Shown here: piece by piece, positions 62,952 to 64,000 of the stretch
Position numbering within the stretch: position 1 is the first letter of the stretch
How the letters are laid out: every line of letters starts with the position of its first letter
Assembly (NCBI GenBank): GCA_045837725.1
Contig: JBEWZL010000121.1
Span: 124,001-188,000 of the forward strand
Origin: Vermamoeba vermiformis
Taxonomy: Eukaryota
Direction of reading: 5' to 3'
DNA length: 64,000 bases
Notes under the pieces: model-generated
Told to the model about the DNA's origin: nothing
The model's database searches: none
What the model saw: only the letters and a program-made list of their open reading frames with translations
Made by a program: the position numbers and the translations under genes

Positions 62952-64000
62952 ATGGCTAGTTTAAGTAGGCATATTTTTCGTGTGAAACGGAAAGCAAGAG
63001 GACTTTTATCGAACGTTAATAAAAGGATTGGATGTTGTTATTCGACACTGGTTCCGAAAGTAGATCCAGTTGAGCAACATACTATAGATGAATTAGCACG
63101 ATTTATTAACGACAAGAAACGACTATTAGTCATTACTGGAGCCGGATGCAGGTAAAAAATACAAAAAAAGGATAAATAAGACTAATTAATTGCTAATAAT
63201 TATTGTATTATTTTTACATAATACACGTGTAATTTTTACGATTAATTCCCCGAGTATTTAATTATTTTTAACGGTTAGTACCGAATCTGGCATTCCTGAC
63301 TACCGCGGACCAAACGGCAGTTATTCAAAGGGCCACAAGCCTGTACAATACGGCGACTTTGTAAAGAATTATGCGACTAGACAACGTTATTGGGCCCGCA
63401 ATATGCTTGGCTGGCACTTTTTCAAATCACTCAAACCGAACAGAGCTCACGCGGCTTTATCGGAATTAGAAAAAATGAACAAATTGAACTATTTAATTAC
63501 GCAGGTACGTTTATAATAATGTTGCAATATTATCACTCTACATTTCGCTCAAATTATAAAATTTCCTAATTTGGCCAAAACACTAACTTTTTCGCATTGA
63601 ATTGCAGAATGTCGATAATCTGCATCAAAAAGCAGGCAATACTAAAGTACTAGAGCTCCATGGCTCCAATTACCACGTGGTTTGCATCTCCTGTCAAGCC
63701 ACCGAACCGCGTGCCAATTACCAAGAAAGGCTGTTGCAAGCGAATCCGAAATTCTTTTCAGAAGAAGTTTTAAGTAAGGCGATTAAGCGCTAATATACTA
63801 TAATAGTATAGTGTAGTAATATTATCGGATAATAGCACGTGTGGATGATGATCGAGCAAGTCGACCGGATGGAGATGCAGAATTGATCGTTGATTACGCC
63901 AAATTCAATACACCTCCCTGCTTAAAATGCGGCGGTGTCGTTAAGCCAGGTACACTACAGTTCTTTTATATAATATGCAAGCTGAACATTAGTGCTAAAC
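62952..64000 (+). CDS. SIRT4: Class II sirtuin (SIRT4-like), truncated by the window end
   Basis: Presequence, LVITGAGC|STESGIPDYRGPNG, RQRYWARNMLGW, ITQ|NVDNLHQKAG, LELHGS, RPDGDA, CLKCGGVVKP. Confidence 0.9.

Overview
Gene-dense, AT-rich eukaryotic nuclear DNA with many short spliceosomal introns. Gene content and style suggest a free-living amoeba or similar protist, but this is an inference and the species cannot be fixed from the sequence. I reconstructed about 22 protein genes by hand across introns, plus two identical 5S rRNA genes and three tRNA genes. Conventional genes include a GH38 alpha-mannosidase, NDUFA9, CTF18, HPD, NT5C3, a SIRT4-like sirtuin, a LYR protein, a cytochrome b5 protein and a DFR-like reductase. 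Five observations stand out. (1) An intact, intronless, bacterial-type OLD/GajA-like ABC-ATPase-TOPRIM nuclease gene (10793-12457) sits between intron-rich genes. (2) Both 5S rRNA genes lie sense-oriented inside spliceosomal introns of unrelated genes, within a shared ~235-bp cassette. (3) An F-box is fused to a full-length but catalytically degenerate eEF1A/HBS1-like GTPase. (4) A ~12-kb gene encodes a giant type-I membrane protein combining a vitellogenin-like lipid-transport module, TSP3, LamG, bacterial-style cadherin/Ig repeats and a ZP-like region. (5) The capping enzyme is a CYTH-triphosphatase/guanylyltransferase fusion. CDS coordinates are gene spans including introns, all family calls come from motif recognition without database searches, and 5' ends are approximate where noted.
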